Source of the DNA: an uncultured Pseudomonadales bacterium
GTDB lineage: Bacteria > Pseudomonadota > Gammaproteobacteria > Pseudomonadales > Pseudohongiellaceae
DNA length: 64,000 nucleotides
NCBI GenBank assembly: GCA_943789335.1
Contig: CALSTS010000003.1
Span: 158,774-222,773, forward strand
Direction of reading: 5' to 3'
Made by a program: the position numbers and the translations under genes. The notes under the pieces are model-generated. The model had not been told where the DNA came from and searched no databases. It saw nothing but the letters and a program-made list of their open reading frames with translations. This document shows positions 41,173 to 51,582 of this stretch, one piece after another. Position 1 is the stretch's first letter; each line of letters opens with the position of its first letter.

Positions 41173-41988
41173 CTACTCTCCAATGACCTGAAGGATCCAT
41201 GAGTAGTGTGTAGATACTCGTTCATAGAGAGAAATAGATCCATAAGCACCCTGCTGTGGAGCATTGGGGTTATTTATTTCACCTAGAGCGACACCCATGA
41301 TCATCATGCCTTGAGTCGTTTCCACTAAAGCTGGGCCTCCAGAATCACCCAGCCCTGGCACGCCTTCAAGCGGTAATGCGCCTGAGTTGGCATCTCTAGG
41401 GTCGTCAAAAATGAATTCCAACCATTTTCCTGCATTCATAACCGTGTTCTGTGCCCTGCGCATCTTGCCATCATTATCAATGATGCCTGGCGTTCCCATT
41501 CCGGTAAAACCCCAACCTACAAATGAAACAATTTTATCTAATTCATCCAGCTCATGATAAAGACTGACTGGTCTGATGCTACTCACAGGTCTGTCCAATT
41601 TAATTAATGCCAAATCGACTGCTTCGATCTGCCGAGGGTGTTTATATGCTGGATGTACAACAAGTTCAGTAACGATGTAATCCTTATCATCTAGGCTCAC
41701 TTGATAGGCCTGACCTGCATTAAGCATTTCACCAAGCGGTGTTTCCTCAGTGCAATGCCCAGCTGTAATAGCCCATTGCTCACTAATCAAGGTCGCTACA
41801 CAAATCTTATTATTAAAACGCGTATATAAATAAAATAGTTGAGGGTACTGCTGGGCATAAACCACATAACGGGAATCTAATTGATCATGGCGAATGATGA
41901 TTGCCTGCGCTGGGGATAAGCCTAGCAGCACCAGCATCAATACAATAAGCAGGCCAATAGGCGATTTATGAGCTAGAACAGTATTCAT
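41173..41988 (-). CDS. Secreted trypsin-like (S1) serine protease
   Basis: Signal peptide, His box ITAGHC, and Ser box GDSGGPAL. Confidence 0.85.
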   Translation of the reverse strand: MNTVLAHKSPIGLLIVLMLVLLGLSPAQAIIIRHDQLDSRYVVYAQQYPQLFYLYTRFNNKICVATLISEQWAITAGHCTEETPLGEMLNAGQAYQVSLDDKDYIVTELVVHPAYKHPRQIEAVDLALIKLDRPVSSIRPVSLYHELDELDKIVSFVGWGFTGMGTPGIIDNDGKMRRAQNTVMNAGKWLEFIFDDPRDANSGALPLEGVPGLGDSGGPALVETTQGMMIMGVALGEINNPNAPQQGAYGSISLYERVSTHYSWILQVIGE

Positions 41989-42088
41989 AATAAGTTAATC
42001 TAAGGCACTCTTTAAGACATTCTATAAGATACATCTATGGTGGTATCTAATGCGCTTTATTTTACTTGGGGAGCAGTATTGCTCAGCA

Positions 42089-42424
42089 TTATTCTGTTTT
42101 GGCGTCACTTTCATTTATAGCGTCATTGTTAGCAGTCTCGTCTTTACTGCTCTCATCACTCTCATCACTCTCATCGCTCTCACCTGGCTCGCTAGTGCTT
42201 TTGGAAACAGGCTGTCCTTGATAGGGATGTCTCGACAAACCAATATTAGGTTTATAGCTTGTTTTGCCTATGCTTCTTATAAGCTTGAATAACTTCAGGA
42301 TGAAGTAAAGGGAGCCTAATACAATAAACGCACCTATGCCTAAGATTAACCATTGTGCTGAACTCATAGCCCCAGGATTACTTAGTGCATTTATAAGTTC
42401 CTGCATCGCCCTACTCCTGATCAC
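42089..42424 (-). CDS. Small single-pass membrane protein with an acidic ESDESDESDESS tail
   Basis: One TM helix (WLILGIGAFIVLGSLYFIL). The acidic repeat is encoded by a 9-bp tandem repeat. Strand choice over the antisense ORF 42050-42292 is tentative. Confidence 0.45.
   Translation of the reverse strand: MIRSRAMQELINALSNPGAMSSAQWLILGIGAFIVLGSLYFILKLFKLIRSIGKTSYKPNIGLSRHPYQGQPVSKSTSEPGESDESDESDESSKDETANNDAINESDAKTE
42152..42183. repeat. 9-bp tandem repeat (CTCATCACT x2, CTCATCGCT, CTCACC) encoding (ESD)n on the minus strand
   Basis: Read directly. Confidence 0.9.
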
Positions 42425-42572
42425 CCTAAAAAATAAAGCGTAAATTATGCAGCAATGCCTTAGCTAATGCCAATTCATAAGAAATCGCTAGTACAATATT
42501 TTGAAATTTACTTTAGCTATTGAATATGGAACTTAGGGGCAGCCGTGAGCAAACACAACAAGCCAAAAACTA

Positions 42573-43172
42573 CTAATGATTCATGGCCGCTATATACAAC
42601 TCTATTTGCTCTAAACGGCTTATTGGGTCTCTTAACTCTAGAATTGACTGTTTTTCTTTGTTACTGACTGGCAGTAATTCAGCTAAACACCAGGCAATTT
42701 CTCTTAAGTTCTCAAAACTGATTTCAATATTTAGATCTTCCACCATAGGATGCACAGCTAAACCTTTTAATAATTCAACATATTCCTGAAATTCATCGCC
42801 GACTTCTATTGGCTCAGCGTTAGTTGAGTCATCTGACCGAAAACTTACCTCTGCCATGCATAAATTATTTTTTTCGCGCCAAGAGTCGATGATAGAAAAA
42901 GTACTTTTTCCTTCGACCGTAATTCCTAACAAACTGTTAGGTAATTCATTCCAGTCAACAATTTCGCAGTAAGTCCCTACTCGGTGAATATCCAGCTTCT
43001 GCCCTTTATGAGCAACTTCATTCCCCTCCTCTATAAGCACCACTCCAAAACCTACCTGTTGTTTCAGGCATTGACGTATCAAATCGACATAACGAGATTC
43101 AAATATCTGTAATGAAATTCTACCTTTGGGAAAAATAATAGAATTAAGCGGAAAGAGCGGGATAGTTTCCAT
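42573..43172 (-). CDS. LON substrate-binding (Lon N-terminal) domain protein
   Basis: IPLFPLNSIIFPKGRISLQIFE.RY is the classical Lon N-domain start. About 200 aa, stand-alone. Confidence 0.75.
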   Translation of the reverse strand: METIPLFPLNSIIFPKGRISLQIFESRYVDLIRQCLKQQVGFGVVLIEEGNEVAHKGQKLDIHRVGTYCEIVDWNELPNSLLGITVEGKSTFSIIDSWREKNNLCMAEVSFRSDDSTNAEPIEVGDEFQEYVELLKGLAVHPMVEDLNIEISFENLREIAWCLAELLPVSNKEKQSILELRDPISRLEQIELYIAAMNH

Positions 43173-43181
43173 GATAAGTTC

Positions 43182-44561
43182 TTAATTCTTTAGTGCTGTA
43201 CAAAGCCTCTGGTGAAAACCTTCAAACCCACCATTACTCATTATCACAATATGATCGCCAGCTTGGCTTTCCTTAACTAAAGTCTCTATAAGTTTCTCAA
43301 CTGTTTCCAGCACAATGAAGTCTGCATCGCAGGATGATGCGATCGCATCTAAATCCAATTTTGTGTCAGCATTTTTATACCAATAAACTTTATCCGCAGC
43401 ATTTAATGATTCCGCCAGAGTATTCTGGTGATAACCCATTTTCATCGTGTTCGAGCGCGCCTCAACAACAGCAATCAGGCGCTCCTCTTTTTCCTTAGCA
43501 TTAGCATTAAGCGCTGCACGTTTACCATCGAGTGTTGTTTTTATCGCAGTTGGGTGGTGTGCAAAGTCATCATAGACTCGAACACCAGCAATATTTCCCA
43601 ATTCTTCCATGCGTCGCTTTACGCCGGAAAATTCTGCGAGCGCATCACAACTTTGTTGCAAACTAACACCAACATGAGCAGCTGCCGCAATAGCAGCAAC
43701 CGCATTCTGCACGTTATGCTGGCCTAACAAAGGCCAGCTTACTTCTACTTCCTGATTTTCGTGTTTCACTTGAAAGCAAGAACCATCATCTTGCAACAAT
43801 TTAACCTGCCAGTCTGAACGTAGATTTTCCCCGATAGAAAAAGATTCATGTGGAGCCCAGCTGCCTTTTTCAAAAACAGCAGATAGATTGGCATTGCCTT
43901 TAGGTGAAATGATTAAGCCATTTTGTGGAATAAGTTTTACTAAATGGTGAAACTGGGTTTGGATAGCTTCAAGAGTTGGAAATATGTCAGCATGGTCAAA
44001 TTCCAGGTTGCCCATTATTACTGTTCGTGGTTTGTAATGAATAAACTTTGACCGTTTGTCGAAAAACGCTGAATCATATTCATCGGCTTCTATAACAAAA
44101 TAGGCTTGCTCACCAAGTCGAGCTGAAGCATCAAAATTCTTAGGCACTCCGCCGATCAAAAAACCTGGTTGTAAGCCGGCATATTCCAGAATCCAGCTCA
44201 ACATTGTTGAGGTAGTGGTTTTACCATGAGTCCCGGCTACTGCAAGCACCCAACGATCCTGCAATACGTGTTCTGCCAACCACTGCGGGCCCGAACAATA
44301 TGGCAACCCTTCATTTAATACATACTCAACAGCTGGATTGCCTCGAGAACAGGTATTACCAACAACAATCATGTCAGGACTATCTTGCAGATGGGCGGGA
44401 TCATAGCCCTCACTCAATTTAATACCCTGTTCTTCCAGTTGAGTGCTCATTGGAGGGTACACATGCTGATCAGAGCCGCTTACTTGATACCCAAGCTGCT
44501 TGGCCAAAATCGCCAAACTTCCCATGAAAGTGCCACAAATACCGAGAATATGAATATGCAT
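43182..44561 (-). CDS. mpl: UDP-N-acetylmuramate:L-alanyl-gamma-D-glutamyl-meso-diaminopimelate ligase
   Basis: MHIHILGICGTFMGSLAILAKQLGY.VSGSD..VYPPMSTQLE is near-collinear with E. coli Mpl. GTHGKTTT P-loop. Confidence 0.93.
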   Translation of the reverse strand: MHIHILGICGTFMGSLAILAKQLGYQVSGSDQHVYPPMSTQLEEQGIKLSEGYDPAHLQDSPDMIVVGNTCSRGNPAVEYVLNEGLPYCSGPQWLAEHVLQDRWVLAVAGTHGKTTTSTMLSWILEYAGLQPGFLIGGVPKNFDASARLGEQAYFVIEADEYDSAFFDKRSKFIHYKPRTVIMGNLEFDHADIFPTLEAIQTQFHHLVKLIPQNGLIISPKGNANLSAVFEKGSWAPHESFSIGENLRSDWQVKLLQDDGSCFQVKHENQEVEVSWPLLGQHNVQNAVAAIAAAAHVGVSLQQSCDALAEFSGVKRRMEELGNIAGVRVYDDFAHHPTAIKTTLDGKRAALNANAKEKEERLIAVVEARSNTMKMGYHQNTLAESLNAADKVYWYKNADTKLDLDAIASSCDADFIVLETVEKLIETLVKESQAGDHIVIMSNGGFEGFHQRLCTALKN

Positions 44562-44732
44562 TGGTACATTCTAACGTATGAATGTTTGATTTTCCTTATG
44601 AGCTTGGCCTTTTATAATTGTGAATAAATTCACCACCCTTTCTCATTTTTCATATCTTTAATTGCAAATGAGATTAATTAATAGCGCCGTTGTCGTATAA
44701 TAAATTTTTTATTCATAGCCTGATCTTTTTCC

Positions 44733-45374
44733 ATGAGCGAAAGTGCAGAATATTATCAAAACAACCGTGAAGATCTTATTCCCTTCCTGCCTGAAAAATA
44801 CCTGACAGTATTGGAAATTGGCTGCGGCGAAGGTAATTTTTGGAATTTACTAAAACAAGATGAGGCTCTTGAAATATGGGGTATTGAGCCTAATAAAAAT
44901 GCTGCTGTTGTTGCTAAAGACAAGGCTCATCAACTTTTTGAATGCCTTTTTGATGACTGCATTAATGAATTGCCTAATGATTATTTTGATCTAATTATCT
45001 GTAATGACGTAATTGAACACATGCCTGATCATGACCGTTTTTTCGAGCAAATAAAGCATAAAATGGCGCCTCAAGGGCACTTGATTGGCAGTTTGCCAAA
45101 TGTTCGTTATTACCCCGTTATGCGCAGCCTTATCTTCAAAAAAGACTGGCCCTATGAAGATGCTGGAGTACTCGACCGAACTCACCTTCGATTTTTTACG
45201 AGGAAAAGTATGCGCCGATGCTTTGATGAGCATGAATTCAACATCGTAAAACTTGCCGGCGTTAATTCACCAGGTCGATTTAAATTCTTTATTTTATTCT
45301 TAAACATTCTCTTACTTGGCACTGCAATGGATACAAAATATCAACAATATGGCTTTTGTCTAAGCAAGAAATAA
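44733..45374 (+). CDS. Class I SAM-dependent methyltransferase
   Basis: Motif I VLEIGCGEG, with a downstream acidic residue and motif II pattern. Confidence 0.75.
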   Translation: MSESAEYYQNNREDLIPFLPEKYLTVLEIGCGEGNFWNLLKQDEALEIWGIEPNKNAAVVAKDKAHQLFECLFDDCINELPNDYFDLIICNDVIEHMPDHDRFFEQIKHKMAPQGHLIGSLPNVRYYPVMRSLIFKKDWPYEDAGVLDRTHLRFFTRKSMRRCFDEHEFNIVKLAGVNSPGRFKFFILFLNILLLGTAMDTKYQQYGFCLSKK

Positions 45375-45388
45375 CTGGAAAACACTGA

Positions 45389-46642
45389 ATGGCCAACAAT
45401 ATATTTTATGCGCAATCAGGCGGCGTCACTTCTGTCATTAATGCTTCAGCCTGTGGCTTAATAGAAGCAGCTCGTGCTCACCCTGAGGCAGGAAAAGTTT
45501 ACGCTGGAAAATTCGGCATTATTGGTGCCTTACGTGAAGAACTCATTGATACTAGTCTAGAGTCTGATGCCAGCATCGCTGCCTTACGCCACACCCCTGC
45601 CGGAGCCTTTGGTTCTTGCCGCTACAAATTAAAAAGCATTGAAGAAAATCGTGCTGAATACGAACGCTTGATTGAGGTTTTTAAAGCCCACAACATTCGC
45701 TACTTTTTTTATAACGGCGGTGGCGATTCTCAAGACACCGCAAACAAAGTCTCTCAACTAAGCCGGGAAATTGATTACCCCTTGACTTGCATTGGCATAC
45801 CCAAAACAGTTGATAATGATTTACCTGTCACTGATAACTGCCCCGGATTTGGCTCTGTCGCAAAATATGTTGCGGTATCTATTCGTGAAGCTGGACTCGA
45901 CGTAGCTTCCATGTGTGAAAGTTCAACCAAGGTATTTGTCATGGAAGTTATGGGTCGCCATGCAGGATGGATTGCCGGTGCAGCAGGACTTGCTGCTGAA
46001 CAGGAAGGCGATGCACCGCATATTATTGTGTTCCCTGAAGTAGCTTTTGATAAAACGGCTTTTATGCAAAAAGTTAAAAGTTGTGTAGAGGCATTTGGTT
46101 ATTGTGCCATCGTAGTGTCTGAGGGTGCGCATTATGGAGATGGCACTTTCCTGGCAGATGCCGGCAACAAAGATGCTTTCGGACATGTTCAACTTGGCGG
46201 TGTAGCGCCGACTCTGGCAAACATGATTAAAGATGAACTCGGTTACAAATATCACTGGGCTGTATCTGATTATCTACAACGCGCCGCAAGACACATTGCT
46301 TCAGCGACTGATGTCGAACAAGCTTATGCCATGGGTAAAGCCGCGTTGGAGTATGCCTTAGCTGGGAAAAATGCTGTGATGCCAACTATTGTACGAGAAA
46401 GTAATTCGCCTTATACCTGGCGTGTGGGTGAAGCCAAGCTGTCAGATGTTGCCAATGTAGAAAAAATGATGCCGCCAGAATTTATTACAGAAGATGGCTT
46501 TGGCATTACCGCAGCAGCTAAAGAATATTTTTCGCCATTGATTCAAGGCGAGGATTACCCACCATACAAAGACGGCTTACCTCAATATGCTCGATTAAAA
46601 AAAGTATTAACCGATAAAAAACTAGCGCCCTGGTCTGAATAA
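45389..46642 (+). CDS. 6-phosphofructokinase family enzyme (long ~420-aa clade, possibly PPi-dependent)
   Basis: FYAQSGGVTSVINAS, GGGDS, IGIPKTVDNDL and MGRHAGW motifs. ATP versus PPi specificity cannot be decided by eye. Confidence 0.8.
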   Translation: MANNIFYAQSGGVTSVINASACGLIEAARAHPEAGKVYAGKFGIIGALREELIDTSLESDASIAALRHTPAGAFGSCRYKLKSIEENRAEYERLIEVFKAHNIRYFFYNGGGDSQDTANKVSQLSREIDYPLTCIGIPKTVDNDLPVTDNCPGFGSVAKYVAVSIREAGLDVASMCESSTKVFVMEVMGRHAGWIAGAAGLAAEQEGDAPHIIVFPEVAFDKTAFMQKVKSCVEAFGYCAIVVSEGAHYGDGTFLADAGNKDAFGHVQLGGVAPTLANMIKDELGYKYHWAVSDYLQRAARHIASATDVEQAYAMGKAALEYALAGKNAVMPTIVRESNSPYTWRVGEAKLSDVANVEKMMPPEFITEDGFGITAAAKEYFSPLIQGEDYPPYKDGLPQYARLKKVLTDKKLAPWSE

Positions 46643-46677
46643 ACCCTAGTCTTAATTATCTATGTATTATTCATTAT

Positions 46678-47556
46678 ATGTACTATGAAATTTTTTCGAT
46701 TATTGCTCCTGTATTTATTTGTGCAGTTATCGGCTACTTATGGGTGAGATTAGATCAACCATTTGAGACTGCATTTGCGTCCAAAATAATTGTTTATATC
46801 AGTACTCCTTGCTTAATTTTTGCTACTTTCATGGAAGTAGATATTGATAGAGCAGCCTTTCTGGAATTATTGCTAGCAGCATTTTTGACAACAATGTCTT
46901 TTGGCATTATTGCCTGGCCTGTACTCAAACTTTTAAAAATCGACTTACATGCTTTTTTACCATCCCAAATGTTTCCTAACTGCGGCAATATGGGATTACC
47001 ACTTTGCTTGCTGGCATTTGGTGATGAGGGGCTGGCTTTAGGAATAACCTATTTTACTGTTAATGTGGTTTTACATTTTAGCATTGGCATATCTATATCA
47101 GCCGGACATCTTTCTTTTAACAACCTGATTCGTAATCCGATTTTCTTAGCAGTAATCATCACCTTGATAATGGTTTTTAATGGCATTAAAGCCCCTGCCT
47201 GGCTATATAACTCCGCAGAAATTCTGGGCGGTATTTCGATTCCCATGATGCTGATAGCACTCGGTGTTTCCCTGGCTCAATTCAAAATTACCAGCTTGAG
47301 ACTCAGCCTTTCGTTGTCAGTTTTTCGTTTAATAGTAGGCTTTATAGTTGGAGTTTGTATTTCTGCATTGCTTGGATTGGAAGGTGCAGCAAGAGGTGTT
47401 GTTATCTTGCAATGCACCATGCCAATTGCCGTTTTCTCGTATCTTTTTGCTGCGCAAAATAACCGTAGTCCAGAAGAAGTGGCTGGAACAGTTGTGCTTT
47501 CGACTCTGTTATCTTTTCTGACCTTGCCTCTGCTTCTCTTATATATTTTGCCTTAA
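46678..47556 (+). CDS. AEC (auxin efflux carrier) family transporter
   Basis: About 10 TM segments in a two-half topology typical of AEC/membrane transport family proteins. Confidence 0.7.
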   Translation: MYYEIFSIIAPVFICAVIGYLWVRLDQPFETAFASKIIVYISTPCLIFATFMEVDIDRAAFLELLLAAFLTTMSFGIIAWPVLKLLKIDLHAFLPSQMFPNCGNMGLPLCLLAFGDEGLALGITYFTVNVVLHFSIGISISAGHLSFNNLIRNPIFLAVIITLIMVFNGIKAPAWLYNSAEILGGISIPMMLIALGVSLAQFKITSLRLSLSLSVFRLIVGFIVGVCISALLGLEGAARGVVILQCTMPIAVFSYLFAAQNNRSPEEVAGTVVLSTLLSFLTLPLLLLYILP

Positions 47557-47572
47557 GAAAAACGAGGAATAT

Positions 47573-48211
47573 TTATGGGGCTAGTCGTTGGATCTTCCAA
47601 CTAGCGTCTTCTTGCAAACTATATTCGAAACGATCATGCAGGCGGTTTTCACCACCCTGCCAAAACTCAATCAAATTTGGCGTCACTCTGATGCCTCCCC
47701 AAAAATCAGGTAAAGGCACTTCCCCTTTAGAAAATTTTTCTTTCATATGTGCGACCTGAGTTAACAGAACCTGCTTGGAAGTTAAAGGCATACTCTGTTC
47801 TGAAGCCCATGCTGCTAATTGGCTTTCACGCGGCCGACTTAAAAAATATTTGAGAGACTCTTTCGTGGATATTTTTTGAGCCTTGCCCTGAAGTTTTACC
47901 TGACGATCAATATCATTCCAAGGAAAATGCAGACTAACCTTTGAATTTTCGGCAATCTCCTTGGCTTTGCGGCTACCGAAATTTGTGAAGAAAACAAAGC
48001 CTTTATCATCAAGATGTTTTAACAAGACTATTCGTTGCGATGGTTGTCCATCTTCTGCAACTGTCGCAATGACCATTGCCGTTGGGTCATGAATTTCCAA
48101 ATCAATGGCTTGCTGCAACCAAAGTTCAAACTGTTTAATCGGGTCAGCTAATAGATTTTCTCTATTTAACCCACCCAATAAATACTCACGCCTGAGATTT
48201 TCCAGTTCCAT
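47573..48211 (-). CDS. pdxH: Pyridoxamine 5'-phosphate oxidase
   Basis: [27 protein letters not shown] signature at the C-terminus. Confidence 0.93.
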   Translation of the reverse strand: MELENLRREYLLGGLNRENLLADPIKQFELWLQQAIDLEIHDPTAMVIATVAEDGQPSQRIVLLKHLDDKGFVFFTNFGSRKAKEIAENSKVSLHFPWNDIDRQVKLQGKAQKISTKESLKYFLSRPRESQLAAWASEQSMPLTSKQVLLTQVAHMKEKFSKGEVPLPDFWGGIRVTPNLIEFWQGGENRLHDRFEYSLQEDASWKIQRLAP

Positions 48212-48828
48212 TAAAAATCCACTTGTACATCAAATTCAAAAATACGCTCGGAACGAACTCCGGTACCAAAATCAAAATAGCCTCTACCATGCTTTTTGCC
48301 AGCGGCCCAGCCACCTGTATATTTTGTACCATCGGCCCAACGATAAGTACCCTGCCCAGTAAAGATATCGTTACGAAATCCACCAGTGTAATTTTCAGAA
48401 TTATTGATCAACCAGTTTTCAGAATTTCGATCTTCGACCCAATCTCTAATCATAAATGCCTGAGTACCGTCACCATTACGGCGATCATTGCGCCAGTTTC
48501 CAATATAGACATCATAAATATTATTGGTGCTACTCCAACCAACGCTGCGGCTCCATAAGATTCCACGACCTTGTTTTTTACCCAACATCCAATTGCCTTT
48601 GTATATTTCACTACCATCTAGATACTCTATACGCCCGCTACCATGATATTGGCCTTGGCGGAACTCACCACGGTAACGCGTCAGACCACGTTCAGTCTCT
48701 TCAACAAGGATGCCATAATCCGAAATGCAATCACCTCGCAGGCAACCTATTTCATCATCGTCCGCGGCAAAGGCAGGCCAAGGGAAAATTAACGACATTA
48801 ATAATAAAACTTTCGCCAATTTGAGCAT
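48211..48828 (-). CDS. Secreted MORN-repeat protein
   Basis: Signal peptide plus five Y.G.w..g...G.G repeats, for example [14 protein letters not shown] and [14 protein letters not shown]. Its stop overlaps the pdxH start (TAATG). Confidence 0.8.
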   Translation of the reverse strand: MLKLAKVLLLMSLIFPWPAFAADDDEIGCLRGDCISDYGILVEETERGLTRYRGEFRQGQYHGSGRIEYLDGSEIYKGNWMLGKKQGRGILWSRSVGWSSTNNIYDVYIGNWRNDRRNGDGTQAFMIRDWVEDRNSENWLINNSENYTGGFRNDIFTGQGTYRWADGTKYTGGWAAGKKHGRGYFDFGTGVRSERIFEFDVQVDF

Positions 48829-48963
48829 TTTTCTATCCTGTTACTTTTCAAAATCTTATATAGATGCGAATTGTACCTTAAGCATACTAAGAACCGTAAC
48901 TAGCAAAGCATGTAGACTTACCTTATATTTGCCGTTTTCAATATGATTTTTCAAGGGGCAGTA

Positions 48964-49836
48964 ATGGGACACAAAGTAGCATTTATAGGTCTTGGCGTAA
49001 TGGGGTATCCAATGGCTGGTCATTTAGCCAATGCTGGGCATCAGGTTACTGTATACAACCGCACATCTGACAAAGCTGTCACTTGGGCAAATACCTATTC
49101 TGGCAATACTGCAGCCACTCCAGCTGCTGCTACCGAAGAAGCGGATTTTATATTTTCCTGCGTTGGTAATGATGATGATCTGCGTTCAGTCACAACTGAC
49201 CCCGATGGTGCATTTACCAATATAAAACCCGGTGCTATTTTTATCGATAACACGACAACTTCAGCTGAAATTGCCAGAGAGCTAAGTGATATAGCGAGCC
49301 AGTCAGGTTTTACGTTTCTGGATGCACCAGTATCAGGCGGCCAGGCTGGCGCAGAAAACGGTAAGCTGACGGTTATGATGGGCGGTGATGAGACAGCTTT
49401 CAATAAAGCCAAGCCGGTGATTGAGGCATTCGCTGCCAATGTGCAGTTAATTGGCCCCAGCGGCTATGGTCAACTTTGCAAAATGGTTAACCAACTTTGT
49501 ATCGCTGGAGTTGTACAAGGCCTGTCTGAAGGCATCCACTTTGCTAAGCATGCCGACCTTGATATAGAAAAAATAATCTCAGTAATTAGCAAAGGCGCAG
49601 CGCAATCCTGGCAAATGGAAAATCGCTACAAAACAATGGCAGCTGATGAATTTGAATTTGGTTTTGCCGTCGACTGGATGCGCAAAGACTTAGGTATCGC
49701 TATGCAAGAAGCTGAAAAAAATGGTGCTTCTTTGCCTCTCACCAAGATTGTTGATGGTTATTATGAACAAATCCAAGCTAACGGTGGTAGTCGTTGGGAT
49801 ACGTCTTCATTGATAACCTTGTTGGACAAAGAATAA
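48964..49836 (+). CDS. NAD(P)-dependent oxidoreductase, 3-hydroxyisobutyrate / 2-hydroxy-3-oxopropionate reductase family
   Basis: KVAFIGLGVMGYPMAGHL Rossmann motif and a 6-PGDH-like C-domain. I prefer ATG 48964 (AAGGGG RBS) to the track start at 48943. Confidence 0.8.
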   Translation: MGHKVAFIGLGVMGYPMAGHLANAGHQVTVYNRTSDKAVTWANTYSGNTAATPAAATEEADFIFSCVGNDDDLRSVTTDPDGAFTNIKPGAIFIDNTTTSAEIARELSDIASQSGFTFLDAPVSGGQAGAENGKLTVMMGGDETAFNKAKPVIEAFAANVQLIGPSGYGQLCKMVNQLCIAGVVQGLSEGIHFAKHADLDIEKIISVISKGAAQSWQMENRYKTMAADEFEFGFAVDWMRKDLGIAMQEAEKNGASLPLTKIVDGYYEQIQANGGSRWDTSSLITLLDKE

Positions 49837-49945
49837 TTTGGTGAAAGTTGTGTTTCGGTTTACAGCAAACTATTTAAAATGCTATAAAGACATTCATTAT
49901 ATACATCTACTAAAATGGCTTAAAAGCTAAGGTATACAAACAATA

Positions 49946-51310
49946 ATGACAGTGAATATCAAACGCTCCTTATGGCAAAGATTAGTGCCGGTGAAAATTC
50001 GACAGAACATTGAGGTTATTTATCTGTCAATTACCATACTTGTTGTACTGGGTATTTTTCTTGGCTCTGTCCAGATTCGTCCGACGGTATTCACCTCGGG
50101 AGGCACCTTAGTCACAGGAACATCCCAATATATTGAAGGCACTATCGATTTCTTTGATCAGAGTCAGCCTCATTCCGTTAGCCTTACAATGACTGATTCC
50201 CAGTATCAAATGATGCAAGATGAATTCAGAGCATACGGGGAAAAAGCCTGGGTTGAAGCTGATGCCATAATCGATGGTACTTTTATTCCTTCTGTGGGAA
50301 TTCGTTTAAAAGGTAACTCTACCTTATTCCCACTTAATGGACGAGGAGGCTTTGCTGGCATCAATTTTGGTATAGCCACCTTTGAGAATCCCGCGACTTT
50401 ACCTTTAGTATTAAGTTTTGCCGAATTTTCGGAAGGCCGTGTGTATCAAGGGCATACAGAGCTCGCGATTCGCTCATCCTGGTCTGGCGGGACAACTGCC
50501 CATGAGGCGCTTGCCTTGCAGCTGATTGCTGATTCAGGACAACTTTCGCAAAAATATTCTTTCGTGACTTTCCAAGTGAATGATTCTCCTTCGTCAACCC
50601 GCCTGGTTATTGAAAACCCTGATCAAGGCTATGCAATAGGTCTGGGACGTGGAGAAGGAGTACTCTATAAATCTCGTAGTTCTAATGCGTTTATTTATTA
50701 CGGTGAAGACCCTCTTGATTACGAAGAAGACTTTGTTCAAGTGAGTGCTATAGGGGTGAGAGATCTTAGCCCATTAATAGGCTTATTAAGATGGCTAGAT
50801 ACTGTGACGCAAGAAGAATTTAATGTTGAGCTCGCAGATTGGGTAGATATTCCGAGTTTTGCAAAATACATAGCGACTCATAGATTATTCACTAACTTTG
50901 ACGATATGTCAGGTCCAGGACATAACTTCTTACTTTGGTATGATATTGAGGATGAAAAATTCACAGTTGTCAGTTGGGATTTAAATCTAGCACTTCACCA
51001 AATTGGCATTAATCAAGGCATCGTCTTTGGCTTCGATGCTAATGGTGGGGGAACCATGTCGGAAGACAGACGTAGGATGTTTGGCACAAACTCCCTCAAG
51101 GATTATTTCACTAGCAGTGAAGTCTTTGCTGGGGGAATAGAGCGCGCTCGTGCAGAGCTTTATGAATTATGGTTTGATAATGAGCGAACTATTGAAATAG
51201 TTAATGGCTTTGCTGAAATTGTGCCTGTAACAGACATACTAAGCGCCGAAGAAATTGAAGCTGACTTGACACAGCTAAAGGAATTTATTTCAAAAAGGCA
51301 GGTTTTTTAA
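49946..51310 (+). CDS. CotH kinase-family protein with an N-terminal membrane anchor
   Basis: GHNFLLWYD...F.VVSWDLNLAL resembles the CotH catalytic core (..N.yLY.d...f..ipWDld.af). N-terminal TM helix. Confidence 0.65.
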   Translation: MTVNIKRSLWQRLVPVKIRQNIEVIYLSITILVVLGIFLGSVQIRPTVFTSGGTLVTGTSQYIEGTIDFFDQSQPHSVSLTMTDSQYQMMQDEFRAYGEKAWVEADAIIDGTFIPSVGIRLKGNSTLFPLNGRGGFAGINFGIATFENPATLPLVLSFAEFSEGRVYQGHTELAIRSSWSGGTTAHEALALQLIADSGQLSQKYSFVTFQVNDSPSSTRLVIENPDQGYAIGLGRGEGVLYKSRSSNAFIYYGEDPLDYEEDFVQVSAIGVRDLSPLIGLLRWLDTVTQEEFNVELADWVDIPSFAKYIATHRLFTNFDDMSGPGHNFLLWYDIEDEKFTVVSWDLNLALHQIGINQGIVFGFDANGGGTMSEDRRRMFGTNSLKDYFTSSEVFAGGIERARAELYELWFDNERTIEIVNGFAEIVPVTDILSAEEIEADLTQLKEFISKRQVF

Positions 51311-51463
51311 TATTAGGAATTCAATATATTCTTTAACAAGCTCCTGCTCTTCACCTTCAGGTAAATAAGTTTATCTAACTAAATAATCAGTATGTAGCGC
51401 AATTGAATCTGCATAATCAGACAGCACTCGATAAGACTTAAAGCCTCATTATAAAAATGAATC

Positions 51464-51485
51464 AAAAAAAGTGGTTAAGCCACTT
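51464..51485 (-). terminator. Rho-independent terminator downstream of the cytochrome c peroxidase gene
   Basis: The minus strand reads AAGTGG-CTTAA-CCACTT followed by TTTTTTT. Confidence 0.75.
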
Positions 51486-51582
51486 TGTTCAGTTCATTAG
51501 AACTCAACACTTTTTAGGTAAATTTTAAATGCTTAAGCTTTAGAATTTACATGGCACTAACTGGGTTATATCTTTAACTTAA

